Below are positions 13,201-25,294 of a stretch of 64,000 nt of DNA, in pieces (positions within the stretch are counted from its first letter, which is position 1; every line of letters begins with the position of its first letter). The stretch is from Raillietiella orientalis (taxonomy: Eukaryota), in the NCBI GenBank assembly GCA_036172245.1, contig JAYWIR010000002.1, forward strand, positions 2,046,001-2,110,000, in the 5' to 3' direction. The position numbers and the translations under genes were made by a program. The notes beneath the pieces are model-generated. The model saw only the letters and a list, made by a program, of their open reading frames with translations, was not told the DNA's origin and did not search any database.

Positions 13201-15345
13201 CCAAGGGCTGTATCTTCAGGGAAGGGGGAGGCCTGTTTGGCGGACCCGGGCAGCTCTCGGCCCTTCCATCCGGATGCGAAGGGTCGGCAGGCCGGCCCTT
13301 CCCCTCTCAGCGCTGCCAGTCGGGATGTATTTCGCAAGGGCCGCCCGCAATCCTGGGAACGCAGCTGGGCTCGTTCCCGGGAGCGCGCCGGCCATTAGTG
13401 GAAGCGCCGTCCGACGAGACCCTCGCGGGCAGTCAGCTTGATGGACGCCGCCGCCTCGGCCGCTCGTAAACCCCCAGTTCTCCTCCCTAGGCGGGCAGGC
13501 GCGTGCCAACTAGACCTCGGGGGCGACGGCGGTTTCGGTCGCTGGCGCGCGGAGGGGCGAGAAGATGAGGAGGGAGGAGGGGAAGGGACCGTCAGCTGCC
13601 CTTCTTCCTCCCACGAAAGGGATGTCGAGGAAAAGGACACACTGATCTCTGCGTCACCTCCGGAGGTCTTTGGAGCGTCCTGCTCTCGGCGACCGCTGCT
13701 TTGCCGCCGAAAAGAGAGGAGGAGGAGGGAGGGAGGAAAGATGGGAAGGAAAGTCCCGCGGTGGTGCGACTCCTCGGCGCCTTCCTCGAGCATTGGTGCG
13801 GCCCCGGCCTCCTGGTCCGTGCCTCCCGACGTGATGGCTTCCGCGGCACGCCCCTCGCCGCGCCGGCGCCCTCGAGCAGCGTGCGAGCACTACGGCCTCT
13901 CTCCGCTCCGTTCGGTCCCACACGGGGCAGAGGGAGAGAGGAAGTGTCCCTTTCAAAGTGGCTGCAAGGCGGAATCGGGGCCGCGCGAGAGCGGCCGAAA
14001 CGCGCGCGCGGGCAGGTGCCGCCGCACGGGAGGCGCTGACGGCGCCTCGGGCGCGGGGAGTTGGGAGCGGCCGGGGGCATCGAGCGGCTCCTTCGCTGCG
14101 CACGGGAGGAGCTAAAGGCGGACGATGCTGCCTCTCGCGCGCTACGGCGCGGAAAGGCAACCGCGCCGAGGGAGGCTTCTCGCGGAGTCTCTGCGCGCCT
14201 GCGTCTCGGCTTCCGGGTGCGCTCCCGTGGCGGGGCCGTCCCAACGGGGCGAGACGCTCCTGCGGCCACTTTGAAGGTTCACGAGACCATTCGCGACCAC
14301 GGGGAACGCGTCCCGTGTCCCTGCCTCCAGGACGGCTTGCTTCCTGCTTGCGCCGGATGCTGGATGCACGCAAACACATGGCAACTCCTGGTTCCGGACC
14401 CTTCTTCCTGGGGGACGCACGAACAAGGCGCACCTGGAACGCCTAGTGATAACAATAATAATAATAATAGTGGTAGTAGTAGTAGTGCTAGTGGCAAAAG
14501 TAGTAGTAGTTGTTGTAGTGATAATGGTAATAATAGAAGTGGTAGTGGTGATGGTAGTGGTAATAATGATAATAATGACAAGGTTATGAACAAGTTTAGA
14601 ACGCTGGCTTTCCCATCGTCGGATCGCAGAGCACCCTCGCAGGGCGAAGTCACCCTTACACTTCTGCGGCGGCGGCCTCATCGTTCAGCAGTCCTGACTG
14701 CTTCCTCCTTCCTGCTGCAATGCACACGTGTGCCTTGCGGCAGCTGTGCTGGTGGGTCGCACTTCCGGGCATAAAAGCCGCACTTCCCCATTCGTGCGAG
14801 TCGTTCGCCCGAATGGGGAAGTGCGGCGGCGACCCTACGACCAAATGCCTTCGCTCTGTGCGCCCCACCGAAACGAGAGGAATCGGTCCGAGGTTGCCCC
14901 TGCCCGTCTCAGCAGGGCAGGTGTCCTCCAGCCGGGATTGCCCGGGGGGTAGGAGGCGATGGGGCAACGGTCTCTCTCTCGACGGCGCATCCCTCGCAGG
15001 GCAAAAGCCGTTCCTTTCGGAAAGGAACCTTCCTGTTCTTCGGAAGAAACCGACAGCAAGAAGAAACTGACAGCCTGCTTTGTGTGCAGCAAGAAAGTCG
15101 CCCGGGAGCAAAGATGACCACCGTGGTGGTCGCCTTCGGCACCCACCGCCCCTTCACGACCGCTCCTTCGAGGCGCCCGACTACTACGATTCCGTTCCCT
15201 ATTTTTCGGCGTCCTGAGCTGCGTGCCGGTGGACCCTCCCCTCGAACCTCTTTGGTCTCAGGTAGGGAACCGGCGTGTTTTCAATCGGTTGGAGCGATTA
15301 TTGGTTGATTTTTATTAAATGAGTGCCTCGGCGTGATCGGGTGAA
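10210..15345 (+). mobile_element. Decayed near full-length L1/Tx1-like LINE ORF2 (APE, RT, zf-RVT, 3' hairpin end)
   Basis: In order: LTDCSPF (SDH.P) about 11680; NEALPPRWK and HLLHSGSWMIL..ALAARL (RPISLLN.DYKIL..LA.RL) 12340-12590; RSVRP/SGCAF (RGVRQGCP) about 12950; SQLDGRRRL (LS..GR); ALP...DPTTKCLRS..ET (zf-RVT) about 14800; ATTAAA plus hairpin at 15314-15343. Confidence 0.65.
14447..14580 (+). repeat. Compound trinucleotide low-complexity tract (AAT/AGT/GGT/GAT)n
   Basis: Directly visible ...aataataataataatagtggtagtagtagtagtgctagt...; an AT-rich island inside the GC-rich LINE. Confidence 0.9.
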
Positions 15346-15349
15346 AAAG

Positions 15350-17350
15350 AACTTGCACGATCGATTCGCTTGTCGCTGGGGAGAGAGGGGGAGGGGAGGG
15401 GGGAGGTTGCGTTTTCTATTAGCCGGCAACACTCTGTTCCTTCCTGATTCCCGCTCCCGGAAAGGTGTCAGGCCCGCAAACAAGCAATTCATACGCGTCC
15501 TCCGTTTTCAAGCGGTGAATCAACAAGACATGGAAACGCGCAGATGGCGCCTGAAATAACAAGTGACGATAAAAGGCTTGCGAGTCACTCTTGGCAACCA
15601 AGTGCGGTCGCGGTTCTGCTGCCACGGAGACCGTCGCCTCATTGCGCTTTGTTTTCTTTCGCACAGTGCCATCAAATATTCGTGGAAAACGAAATTATTT
15701 CGGGACGTTTTAAGCGCGAGAGGGGGAACTGCCCACTCGCTCTCCAAAAGAATCGAGTGGTGCCGGAGATCCGGATGTGTTCTCCGGAAAATACGATCGA
15801 CACGATGTACCAGATGTTCGTCACGGACGTCTCCCCCCCTCCCAGAAAACACTTTGCGGCTAAACAGGGGCAGCAGCGCCCCACCGATTCGAAATGGTAC
15901 GTGGGAACTGCAAACACACGAGGCGCTGCCTTCCCACATGATCCACTTGCTTTTCGCGGATTAAAACGCGCTTTTTCGCGTCGCCGTCCAGGGAATCCGA
16001 GAAACCGCGGGTTGATTGGGCGTATGACGTCGGCATCCCATTCGACGTTTTAATTAAGCCCAGGTCTCGTCGGATGCGCACGGGCCGACTTCGTGTAAAT
16101 CACTTTCACTGCAGTTGGATCGTCGGGTGCATCTTCCCCCCCCCCCCTTCCACCCTCCAACCCTCCTCTCCCCCCCCCCCTTTTTCTTTCCTAGCAACTC
16201 AAAAAAAGGAAGGAACAAAAAACGGAAGAAACTCACAGAAGAACAAGAAGATTTCTATTATTTATGGAGGAGTCATGCAATCGATAAAGCAACGCAAACG
16301 GAAGGATCTTGAATGGAGATCAAAAAATCAAGAATGCATCAGGGTACTCCAAATAAAGAAGGCACTCTTCCATTATTCACCGGTGACTGGCGAAGGAGGT
16401 TAAAATCGGAAAGCTGTTTTTTTTTTTTTTTTTTGCTTTTTTCGTCTTCTCTCTCTCGTTCGAAAATCGGAACGCGCAGCTGGACGAACGTGCAAGCAAA
16501 CCGCTCACTCCGTTCGCCTTGGCCCCCATGGCCGGGGATGGTGCGAATGATGAGGCCACGTACGCGACGCGTCTCCATCTCATCCATTCGTTGGTGCGCG
16601 CCCGCCACCTGACCGGGTCACGCCTCCTGCGCTTGAGCGGGCGCGGCAGTCCACCCAGCGGGCTCCTTACGGCGGGAGCGCAGCCGCTTCCTCTCCTGGG
16701 ATGGTGCTCGCTGCTGGACCTTTCGCAATTTTCTTCTTTTTTTCTTTTTTCTTTTCTAGATGCAGTGAAAGATTTCGCTTCTCCGAGGCTCGCTGCGGCG
16801 GGACGAGACCCGCATCCGTTCGGTGTTTCTGCAGTCGTTTCCTTGACGCCACCGTTGCGAAGCAACTCCGGAAGAAGCTCCTCCCCCTCCGCGTGTCGAT
16901 GCCGCGCCATTGTTGCGAGGAGAATGGTTCGCGGAGTTATTTTTGGAAAGATAAGATTCGTAGAGACGGGAAACTGCATTACAGGACTTGACGTATCTAT
17001 TTTCAAGTTGAAAATTTACATAATCCGAAACGGGAAATACTCCCTGGAGTGACATGTTATCGAATTATAGAAAACAAGGAACCATTCCTGCCTCCTCGGC
17101 ACAAAGCACGAGAACAAATTCAATTTCGTATGTGAATGTTTGCTGGAGTCGGCATCAGAAATCAACAGCAATGTTTCCTCGGGAATAATAAATGAGTTCT
17201 TCCCCGGCATATGAGCCTCGGATGCAGAGCTACCGTCTGGCTCCTCTTCATCGTCTTCTTCCGCATTAAAAAGTTCAATACTTCAGCTTGTCCGTACCGA
17301 ATGATTTATAGCCATAACGGACGAGGCAAAAACTGAGCCAAATACCTGGA
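15350..17350 (-). mobile_element. piggyBac transposase fossil, near full length
   Basis: Acidic N-terminus EEDDEEEPD, then CAFRFSNER (CLRFDD), FRLRCF...IEIFLFFCE (FRGRCPF..GIKIFALCD), RTISNR, KRPEIISF (KPEIITFYN) and SGAICAF (AAINAF), in the correct order. Confidence 0.6.
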
Positions 17351-18229
17351 GACTCATAAAGCAAGATTACTGCGAACGTGATGGGAAAGCATCGGGATGT
17401 ACACAGGGAGGGAATCGATGCTGCATCCACGGCTTCCCCGTTTTCCTTAATGGGTGAAACCTAACGCGTGATCTGAAAGGTAAGAACGGCAGTTTATCGA
17501 GCGTGTTTTTGTTCGCAATCGGCTGCCGAAAACACGCGACCGTCGCGATTCGCCGAAGGAACCGCGGCGGCGCCCGAATTCGCCGTCGCCTCGGTTTGTG
17601 CATCGTTCAGCGGAATCCCATCTCGGAGGGCGGGGTGGGGTGCTGTTTCTCGGCTGCCCTCCTTTTCCTGCAGCCGTGGACCTCTCAAGGAGCCGTCAGC
17701 ATTCAGGATGCAGACGTCCCCGCGTGCTCCAGGATGCAGTTCCTTCTTTCTCGCCACAGGTTTTTCAGGTTCCCGGAGATTCGCCGGGGCATTTATTGTT
17801 AAAGTTTTAAAATAAAATTTCATAATAAAGTCTTCATAGTTTTTTGAGTTTTTTCAGGCAGAACGCGTGGTTTTGCCTGTCTGGGGACACTTGCCCTTAC
17901 CGGCCCTCAGGCCGGTCAGGTCCTCTTTGCAGGCTAAGCGGGCGGGAAAACCAGAAAACAAAAACAAAAACACGAGGGGGGGAGGGGTAATGTTTTACGG
18001 GTAGGGTAGGGAAGGGAAAGGCTCACAGGTCGCCTCTGCATCCGAGTCTGGATGCGGACAAGTGTCGGTCGAATAGATCTTAGCCGGGGCCATCGGGAAG
18101 CCTTCTCCATGGAGATGGCTGCCCAATGAATGGCATTCCGGCTGTTGTGTCCTCTCCTCGCCACAAGTGTGTCGCTGCATTCGGGTTTTTTCATTTTTTA
18201 TCTTTAAATTTTTGCATTTTTCGTAGGCA

Positions 18230-18935
18230 CCGGTGGGGAGAGGAAACCCTCGCCGAAAGTATCCCTAAATTCGAACCGATGAGCCCTTCTGGGACAGATG
18301 GCACGCCCTCTCGCCTTTTGCCTAAAGCTTTGCCTGTGGATGGCATCGCTCTGGAGTACGAGGTCTCCCTCAAAGCTGCAACTGGAAGCGAGGAGCCGAC
18401 TTCCCCCACACCCTCCCCGTTCTCTTCCATTCCTTTAAGTGTCTCTGATGCCTCAGAGCAGCCCTTCCCACCTCCACAACCTCTTTACCACCCTCTTCTT
18501 TGCATGAAGAAGCGAGAGAGCTCGCTTACGCCCTCGCCGCCTTGGCAACGCAGCGTCCGAGAGCGGAAAACCACGCTCCTGGCTGCGCGGGTTTGGCAGA
18601 AGAATTAGACCTGCGACAGGAGGCCTCTCCGAGCGGGTTTCCGCTTCTGCAGAAACCCTGCGACCGAGGGCTGCAGCGACGCGCCGGCGGGAAAGACCGC
18701 ACCGTCAGGAAGAAGAGGGGAGTTCCAGGGAAGGCCCACGGTCGGAGGGCGCTGATGGGGGAGTCCGCTGGACCGGCGGAGGCAGGAAAAGCGAACAGCT
18801 TCACAGTGGGTGCCATCGCCCTGGCACGCGGCTGCCTCCGCTCCCTGTGGCGGACGGACGGAGGCTGTGTGCGTGCGGGGGGGGAGGAGGGGGAGGCTTT
18901 CCCTTCGTGGGCGCAAAGAGCTTCCAGGTAGTAGG
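18230..18935 (+). mobile_element. Decayed L1/Tx1-like LINE fragment (start of RT)
   Basis: SPSGTDGTPSRL (KSPGPDG.P.EF), TTLLAARV (LA.RL), SGF (Q.GF). Confidence 0.55.
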
Positions 18936-18949
18936 CAGTCTACTCCTGA

Positions 18950-20200
18950 TGCTCTCCGCAGACAATTTAAGGAAAGAGTTATCGATGCATGCTGTGTAAC
19001 ACGAGTAGATTTATTCATTCTCATTTGATCCGTTTATTTAATTTCCTGTTCTTATTTAGTCTTCTTCTGTGGCACGTGCACTATTTAATACATAACGCTA
19101 CTTAATGCATAATCCGAATTCATATAACGCGTCGACGAAAAAAATGGCAGCAGTCCTCGCATAGCGCAGTAAATCAGCCCCGTCTAGCGCTGTGGATGAC
19201 CTTTTATTCTGTGATTGAGTGCGAGTTGGTTCAGCTGCTTTTATAAAGAATACAAACACGTGATACACGTACGTTGAATTTTCATTTTTTGTGTGTGACA
19301 TTTGCACGTTGTGAAAGCATCATTTTTTCTTTTCTTTTTTTTGGCCATGTCCATTGACATTGGTGGGGGAAGAAACTAAATTGGACAGAAAATTTATATC
19401 TCTAGAAGAAAAAATCAAAATTGTGGGCACGTTGAGAAATCAACACGTGTTGCCAAGGAGCTGCGTTCAAGTGAGTCAACAATGGGAGCTATACAGAAAG
19501 GTAAAAAAAAAAAACAAATGCGAGCTGCAATTTCTGCTGAATCTTTCGCAAGCTTAAGCAATAAGCACTTGGGTTCTCCTTGTTTTCTTTACAGCGAAAC
19601 AATAAGCATTCCACTGTAATGGCGCTTTAAGGTACGTTTCACATCTTTAATTAATGCATAGGTTTTCTATGGGTTATTCGTGTGTAACCTGTGAGCTCGT
19701 GTAACGCGGAACGCAGCCCCCGCATTATGCTGGGCCTAAGGTACTCAAAATCGATGAGAGAGAGAGTTTTGGATATGCCTTTGTCTATAAACACCACGAA
19801 TATGTAAAAATTTGATGAACGTCGGCTATCCATCTGAATGTTCCGCACACTCTGTACACGTACACAGAAGATGAAAAACTGTGCACCCAGTTTTAGCATA
19901 TGTACAGCCGAAGCGTGTACATGCACCCAGTTGTTGCGGCCCCGTTCTGTCTTTCACATATAATTCTTGCAACTCTTCGCTTTCACCCTTGACCCTTACC
20001 ATATCTCAGTATAATATACCTGCATTCTTACTATTCTGCATGGATTCGTGGTGTTCATAAAGAGATGATTAAACAGATACGATCATAAATATTACATACA
20101 ATGCCGGGCGTCATGGAAATGGAATAAACAAGAACAGCAAAGAAGCAAGCGAATTAAATAAGAATGAATTAGTGCATTCGTGCCACACAGCGTGCATCGA
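18950..20200 (-). mobile_element. Probable piggyBac transposase fossil
   Basis: Remnants LSLIDFE (LSIDE), KPMH and LDGADLL (MGGVDLL) in order; weak. Confidence 0.35.
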
Positions 20201-20214
20201 TAACTGCCTTGAAT

Positions 20215-23200
20215 GGGGATGCTTACGGTCCTCTCTGGCTGGGGTCCTCTATCTGACCCCCCCCCCCCTCTTCGAAATTCTCGCTGAAGCAGAGTCGTGC
20301 CTCCGGGACTAGCGAATTTACCGCCAGCGCCGGCGCTGCTGACGACGGAAACCGAACGTTCTTTCCCCGGATGACCTCGCGGCCTCCACGTCGCCGCTCC
20401 GTTCTCTTCTAAGAGTTGGAGGTGGGGGGGACGAACGTCCTGGAAACCACGTTGGAGGCTGGAAAGGGATGAACCTGTGGGCGGCGCGGCGCCTCCGCGA
20501 GAGGAAGAGGGGGAGGACGACCTCCAGAAGGGGGAGATCTGGGAGGCTCTTGCAGGGGGTTGAAGGGCGGCGAGCGGCGCCCATTGGAAAGCCTCGCGAT
20601 CCAGGAGTACCCGCACGCTCGGTTCACTGAGACGAGATCGAGGGAGATGGGTCCAGGAACCCTCCTGACTCCTTCAGAAGCGTCTTGCCCTGCCAGGGGT
20701 GGGGGTGAGGGAAGGGATCCTCCCCACGGAAGGGGTGGCATCGGAACTGTGGAAGAGTCGAAGGCACCGTCCCCCTTCCTCTCGTTGGTTCTTTTCTGGA
20801 GAGGGGAGGATGAGGGCTTGTCCTCACTTCTTTCGTCTGCATCCGGGGGTGGAGCATTGCACCCTACAGGCACATCACAATAGTTGGCCTCTTGAGGCCC
20901 CTTGATGGAGCACGAAGGGAGGAGTGAGGTATCTCCTTTCCCTTTCAACCCAGACCCTTCCTCCGCGCGGCCGCCGCTGGCTCCCAGCCCGGCCACGACC
21001 CCTTTCGGACGGGCGCTCCGAAGTCTGTCCAGGACCCTTGGGGGGAGCGAGGAGCGTCCCCTCTCACGCAGGCCGGCTTGGAGCCCAAAGATGTCCTGAA
21101 AGGGAGGATACAACATCTCCTTCCCCTAGGGTCGGGTCAGCCTCAAGGGTGGAAGGAGATCCGGTTTCTCCCCCCCGTGGGCGGGGTCTTTGGCGCAGGC
21201 GCAGGAGAGCGTCACGTCGGAGCCCAATGCGCGCCTAGCGGCGGACCGCCGAACCTTTTGGTTCGCGCGACTCTTCCGACGGGCGGCCACTGCGACGAGC
21301 GCCATCTGGAAGGGGAGAGGAGAAGGAGTCGAGACCCTTCCTCCCGGGGAGAGGACCTCCTCTTCCCGGAACAGCTCACTGGCTCCGCCAGCCCTCCGGT
21401 GCGAGGACCCCGTCCGTGACGAAGCCGGCGGGCGCGATGAAGATCTCCAGACGCTTCCCTACATTGAGGTCCTGCGTAACGCCCCTCCCCTCCCTCGTAC
21501 CCTGGAGATCAGCTCGGGAAGCTGCCAGGAGTCTCAGCGGGGAATCAGGGGAAGGCCGAGACCGGACGCTCGTCGCCTCGGAAAGGGCGGGTCATCCTCT
21601 TCCGGGTTGCAGGGTTGCCCTACCTGCGTATTCGAGGGGTGGAGAACCTGAGGGTAAGGGGAGCGGCGAGTGGCGGAAAGGCGAGGCGCAGAGTGTGCCA
21701 GGAGCATTTGCGAAGCGCTCCTTGCCGTGAGGGTCCCCGCATGACCTCTACCTCTCCCGCCGTCTCCTAGTGCAGATGCCTAGCGATTGACCTCCCCCAT
21801 CCCCTTCTTCCATTCCTCTCCCCGCTCTTGGAACTGCGAGCTGGTGCTGCTGTCGCGGCTGAGTCGCCGCCTAGTGGTCCGCCGTTTTCTGGAGGGGAGA
21901 GGGGGGGGCGCTGCTGGTTTTCCTCTAGTGCGGGGTTGGAGGGGCCGATTCCGCGGTAAGGCGAACTGCTTGGCAGTGTCCCTGCGCAAGAGAGACGCGC
22001 CACGAGGCTTCCGCGCTCCTGAGCTCGCGCACAGCTCGGCGCCGGAAGCGAGGAGCTGTGAGCGAGCGCCTCTTTACTCTACCCTCTCCTCCCTCCTCAC
22101 GTTTCGGGATGGGTGTGAAAGGAAGGAGGGAGGAGGAAAGGAGGCGGGATTTTCTCCAGCAGTCACGTCGTTTCGTCCGCTGTTCTCCAAGGCACCCTCG
22201 GGCGGGAAGCTCAGGTCGGAAAGGGACTCACCTTACGATATTCTCAAGGGTCCCCCTCCGGGCAGCTACAAGGGTTGCGCCATCCCCTTCCTCTTCCCCG
22301 CTTTCCCCAGTGCTGCCCTCCCTACGGGAACAACCAAGAGACAGCGACTTTCCGGCAAGGTGGGAGGTGACCTGCACTATCAAAAATAGAAAAAAACTTT
22401 TACATGCATAGACAACTCGAGAGCCAGCGGACGCTGCCACCCCGAGTGCCCCTCGAAAAGAACTGCTACGCCGGCAAGAGCTGCTAGAAATTCATTCGGA
22501 AGAGGTACGGTGGCCCCCAGCGTGCTGGAACAGTGCAACCGTCCCCCTCAAGTGGCAGGAGTCGGTTTTGATGCTGCTGCACTGGGGCCTCCCGTGCAAC
22601 GCTCGCAGGCATCATTGGACACGGGTGATGTGGATCCAAACTGTGCAAGATGCAGGGGGCAGGAATCCCTTCCGCACCTCCTAGTAGACTGTGGAAACGT
22701 TTTGCCACGTTCCTGCAGAAACCCGAGGGCAACCCCAGAGACGTTCTGAGGCGTCTCTTCCTGCGCGACGCCCTCACTCCGGCCGCATCCCCAGCAGCAC
22801 TTTGCTGCCCACGCCGCGAGACCGTGGCTGCATGGAGTAACGCCAGAGAAGGCTAGAACGACAGGGACGCTATCTATTCTGCTGTCCTCTTCATCAGGAT
22901 AGCGTCAAGATGGTCCCATCTGGAAACCTTAAAACGGGAACTTGCCGGAATCCTCACAAGGATGCAGAGGACGCCCTCCAGCAGCTGGTGATCCCTTCCC
23001 GAGCCTCCCATTTTTTTGTATATATTTTGCATCTTATTTTTTTTTTGTTGTTGTTTTCCCTTCCCCTCTGCTGCCGAAGCGAACTTAGCCGGCCTCCGCG
23101 CCGGCTAAGTTCCTTTTTGTATCTTCCTTATCTTTTTGTATTTGTATGTACCTAGTAAGGTTCCTTTTTGTATACATATGTAAGGTGGAAGGACAAGCAT

Positions 23201-23265
23201 CCTGCTACTGACTTTTACATTTATTTTTATATAAATAAACCCCCCGGCGCAACCGGGTGTCAATC
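20215..23265 (+). mobile_element. 5'-truncated L1/Tx1-like LINE (RT, zf-RVT, 3' UTR, hairpin end)
   Basis: RT remnants GEIWEAL, TPFGRAL (KAFDRV), RHVGAQCAPS..NLL (RGVRQGCPLSPLL), RGEDLLF (YADD). Clear zf-RVT LLHWGLP..DPNCARCRGQESLPHLLVDC at 22570-22695. AATAAA at 23234 followed by a CCCGG-cgcaa-CCGGG hairpin. Confidence 0.8.
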
Positions 23266-23269
23266 CTCT

Positions 23270-24780
23270 TAACGGCACATCTCGCTGGCACATCTTCGGG
23301 TCTTCAGTGCACGGATCTGTGGCCTCTACTATCTTGCGTCCCTTCCATCCTGAGAGAGGTTCCTCGGATGAGACTGCCGATCTCCCTGAGGCGCACCGGA
23401 AAGCAGCCTGGACGTCGCTACTAACCCCACTTCTGAGTATCTCCCCCGATGAACCGGCGGCACCTCCTCTGTGTGCTTGGGCACTCTCATCCTGCCCCAC
23501 CCCACCCTCCGGCGGAAAGCACGAGGTCGCACTTCTGCACCAGGGTTTCCAGCACAGCGGACGGAGGAGCTGTTTATCGAGTGGAGGGGCAGGTGGGGGT
23601 GGGGGGAGGCTCATCCCCGAACGGTCCCAGGTTTGTGCGCAAGGCGATCGAACTGCTCCCGTACGCCCACTGGTGGATCGCGGCGGCTTCTGCACGGAGG
23701 ACGATGCACGAGGCGCGTACTGCAGCGGCCCTTTGCACGAAGCCGGTACCAGTGGACATTGCAGAGTTGCGTCCGCATCCTTCGCACTGGAGCCTTGCGT
23801 GCAGCGACCGGAGGTCGCTCTGGAGGCAATCGCCTTCGTGAGGGCAAGGCAGCGCCATCCGGCAGGAGTGGCCAGGGGGAACGCGCTTGCATTCCGCACC
23901 GGGCCCGGAAAGAGAAAGGAAGAAAGATGCGGCCGGTATCCTGCAGCTACCATCCCGCCTTTTGTGATAAACCTGCGCACGCAAGGGGCGCTCTTTCCTT
24001 TCCTCTTTGGCCTCGGTGGCTCTTCTGAGGTGGGCGGCTCCTCCCGGTGAAAGGGGGAAGGCCATGCTCAGAGGCCAAAAGAGGAATAGGAGAGGAAAGA
24101 GATGGGGCAGAGTGAGGTTTCAACCCCCTCCTCCCCGTCGTCGCGTCCTTCCCCCCAACCTTCTGTTTGCGTGTGCGCGCAGCCGCTCGTCACGTAAGCG
24201 GCGCGCGAGAGCGATCGAATTCTCTTCCGGGCGAGAGGAGAACGGTTGGGGGGGTGAGTGAGCGGGACAGGGGGGAGACTGAATTCCACTCCTCTCATGA
24301 CCTTCCTGGAACCCCGAGATGGTGCCACAGCTTCTGGGTCGTTGTCGCGGTCCACCGCCGCCGAGCCGGCACTCCCAAGAGCGGCACGGGAGCCAGAAGG
24401 GCTCCCGAGCAGACCAATCGCGTGTACACTGGAGCGCTCTCAGGAGGCAGGGACGCTGATGGCAGCGTCTCCTCCCCCCCTCCCCTCCTTTTCTATGTCC
24501 TCCCGCAGGTCGGCAGAGGCGGACGCTCTCCAGAAAGCAGGCAGAGAGACCTCCCTCCTCCTGTTCCTTTGCCTCTCTGAAGCGCGCACTGGAAACCCGA
24601 GCAGAAACGAAGGGAAGGGAGGGGAGGGGGAAGAAAAGAGGTGGGGAAGGGGGGGAGGAGGAAGAAGGAAGCCGAGAGATTCCCCGGAGTCAAAAGATCG
24701 ATTTTGTCGGAAACAGCCAACAGCCGATTCCGTTCCCTCGTCTCCCTCCGCCCTCTCCCTCCCTCATTGTCTCGCAAGGA
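23270..24780 (+). mobile_element. Decayed L1/Tx1-like LINE RT fragment directly abutting the previous copy
   Basis: LLHQGFQHSG (D.EKAFD.V) and AGTSGHCRVASASFALEPC ([19 protein letters not shown]). Confidence 0.6.
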
Positions 24781-24799
24781 AAAAAAAATAAGGAAGGAA

Positions 24800-25290
24800 G
24801 AAGAAAAACTTTTACTGGATTCTTCCGGAGATCCCAGCCCAGTCCCCGGATCGCATCTGGGAGATCCCTGCTTGGATTTGCTTGAACCAATAGCATTGCC
24901 CCTAATTCTTTTTTTTTTTTTTTTGGCCTTCTCGTTGCAACGATCTGATTTCTACTGCCGTTCCTGATGCGTGGGAGAGAGAGGCGCCGGGTAAGGAGGG
25001 AGGATCCGGACCCGAGTTTCATCCCGCGCTCCCACCAGTGTCGGACACATGCTGGTTCCGCTAGCGAACTGCGCCCGTGCGCGACTCGGTTCGGAGCCGA
25101 CCGCCTCCGACACAGCGTCCCCATTGTTGCGCGCCGCCATTGTCGTGTGCCTCATTCTTGCGCGACTAGATTGTTGCTCATTTGGATTGTTGCGTACGTT
25201 GATTGCGTGGTGAGCATCGTCATTGTTGTTGCCCCAGAATGCACATCCCCCTTTCCCGCCACGAACAGCGAGACTCCCAGAATCCCGCTC
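24800..25290 (+). mobile_element. piggyBac transposase fragment
   Basis: FGADRLRHS (MGGVDRMDQ) followed by YVDCVVSIVI (LD.AVVNA.I). Confidence 0.4.
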
Positions 25291-25294
25291 TAGG

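Noticed and set aside
8700..17350. A single piggyBac split by the 10210-15345 LINE
   Set aside because: Both flanks contain the same catalytic-region motifs, so they are two separate copies.
20215..23265. Possible RT-less internally deleted LINE
   Set aside because: Closer reading found degenerate RT motifs in order; it is a 5'-truncated copy.
23243..23275. 3' hairpin as a Helitron terminus or rho-independent terminator
   Set aside because: There is no CTRR end or U-tract, it follows LINE zf-RVT coding sequence, and the context is eukaryotic.
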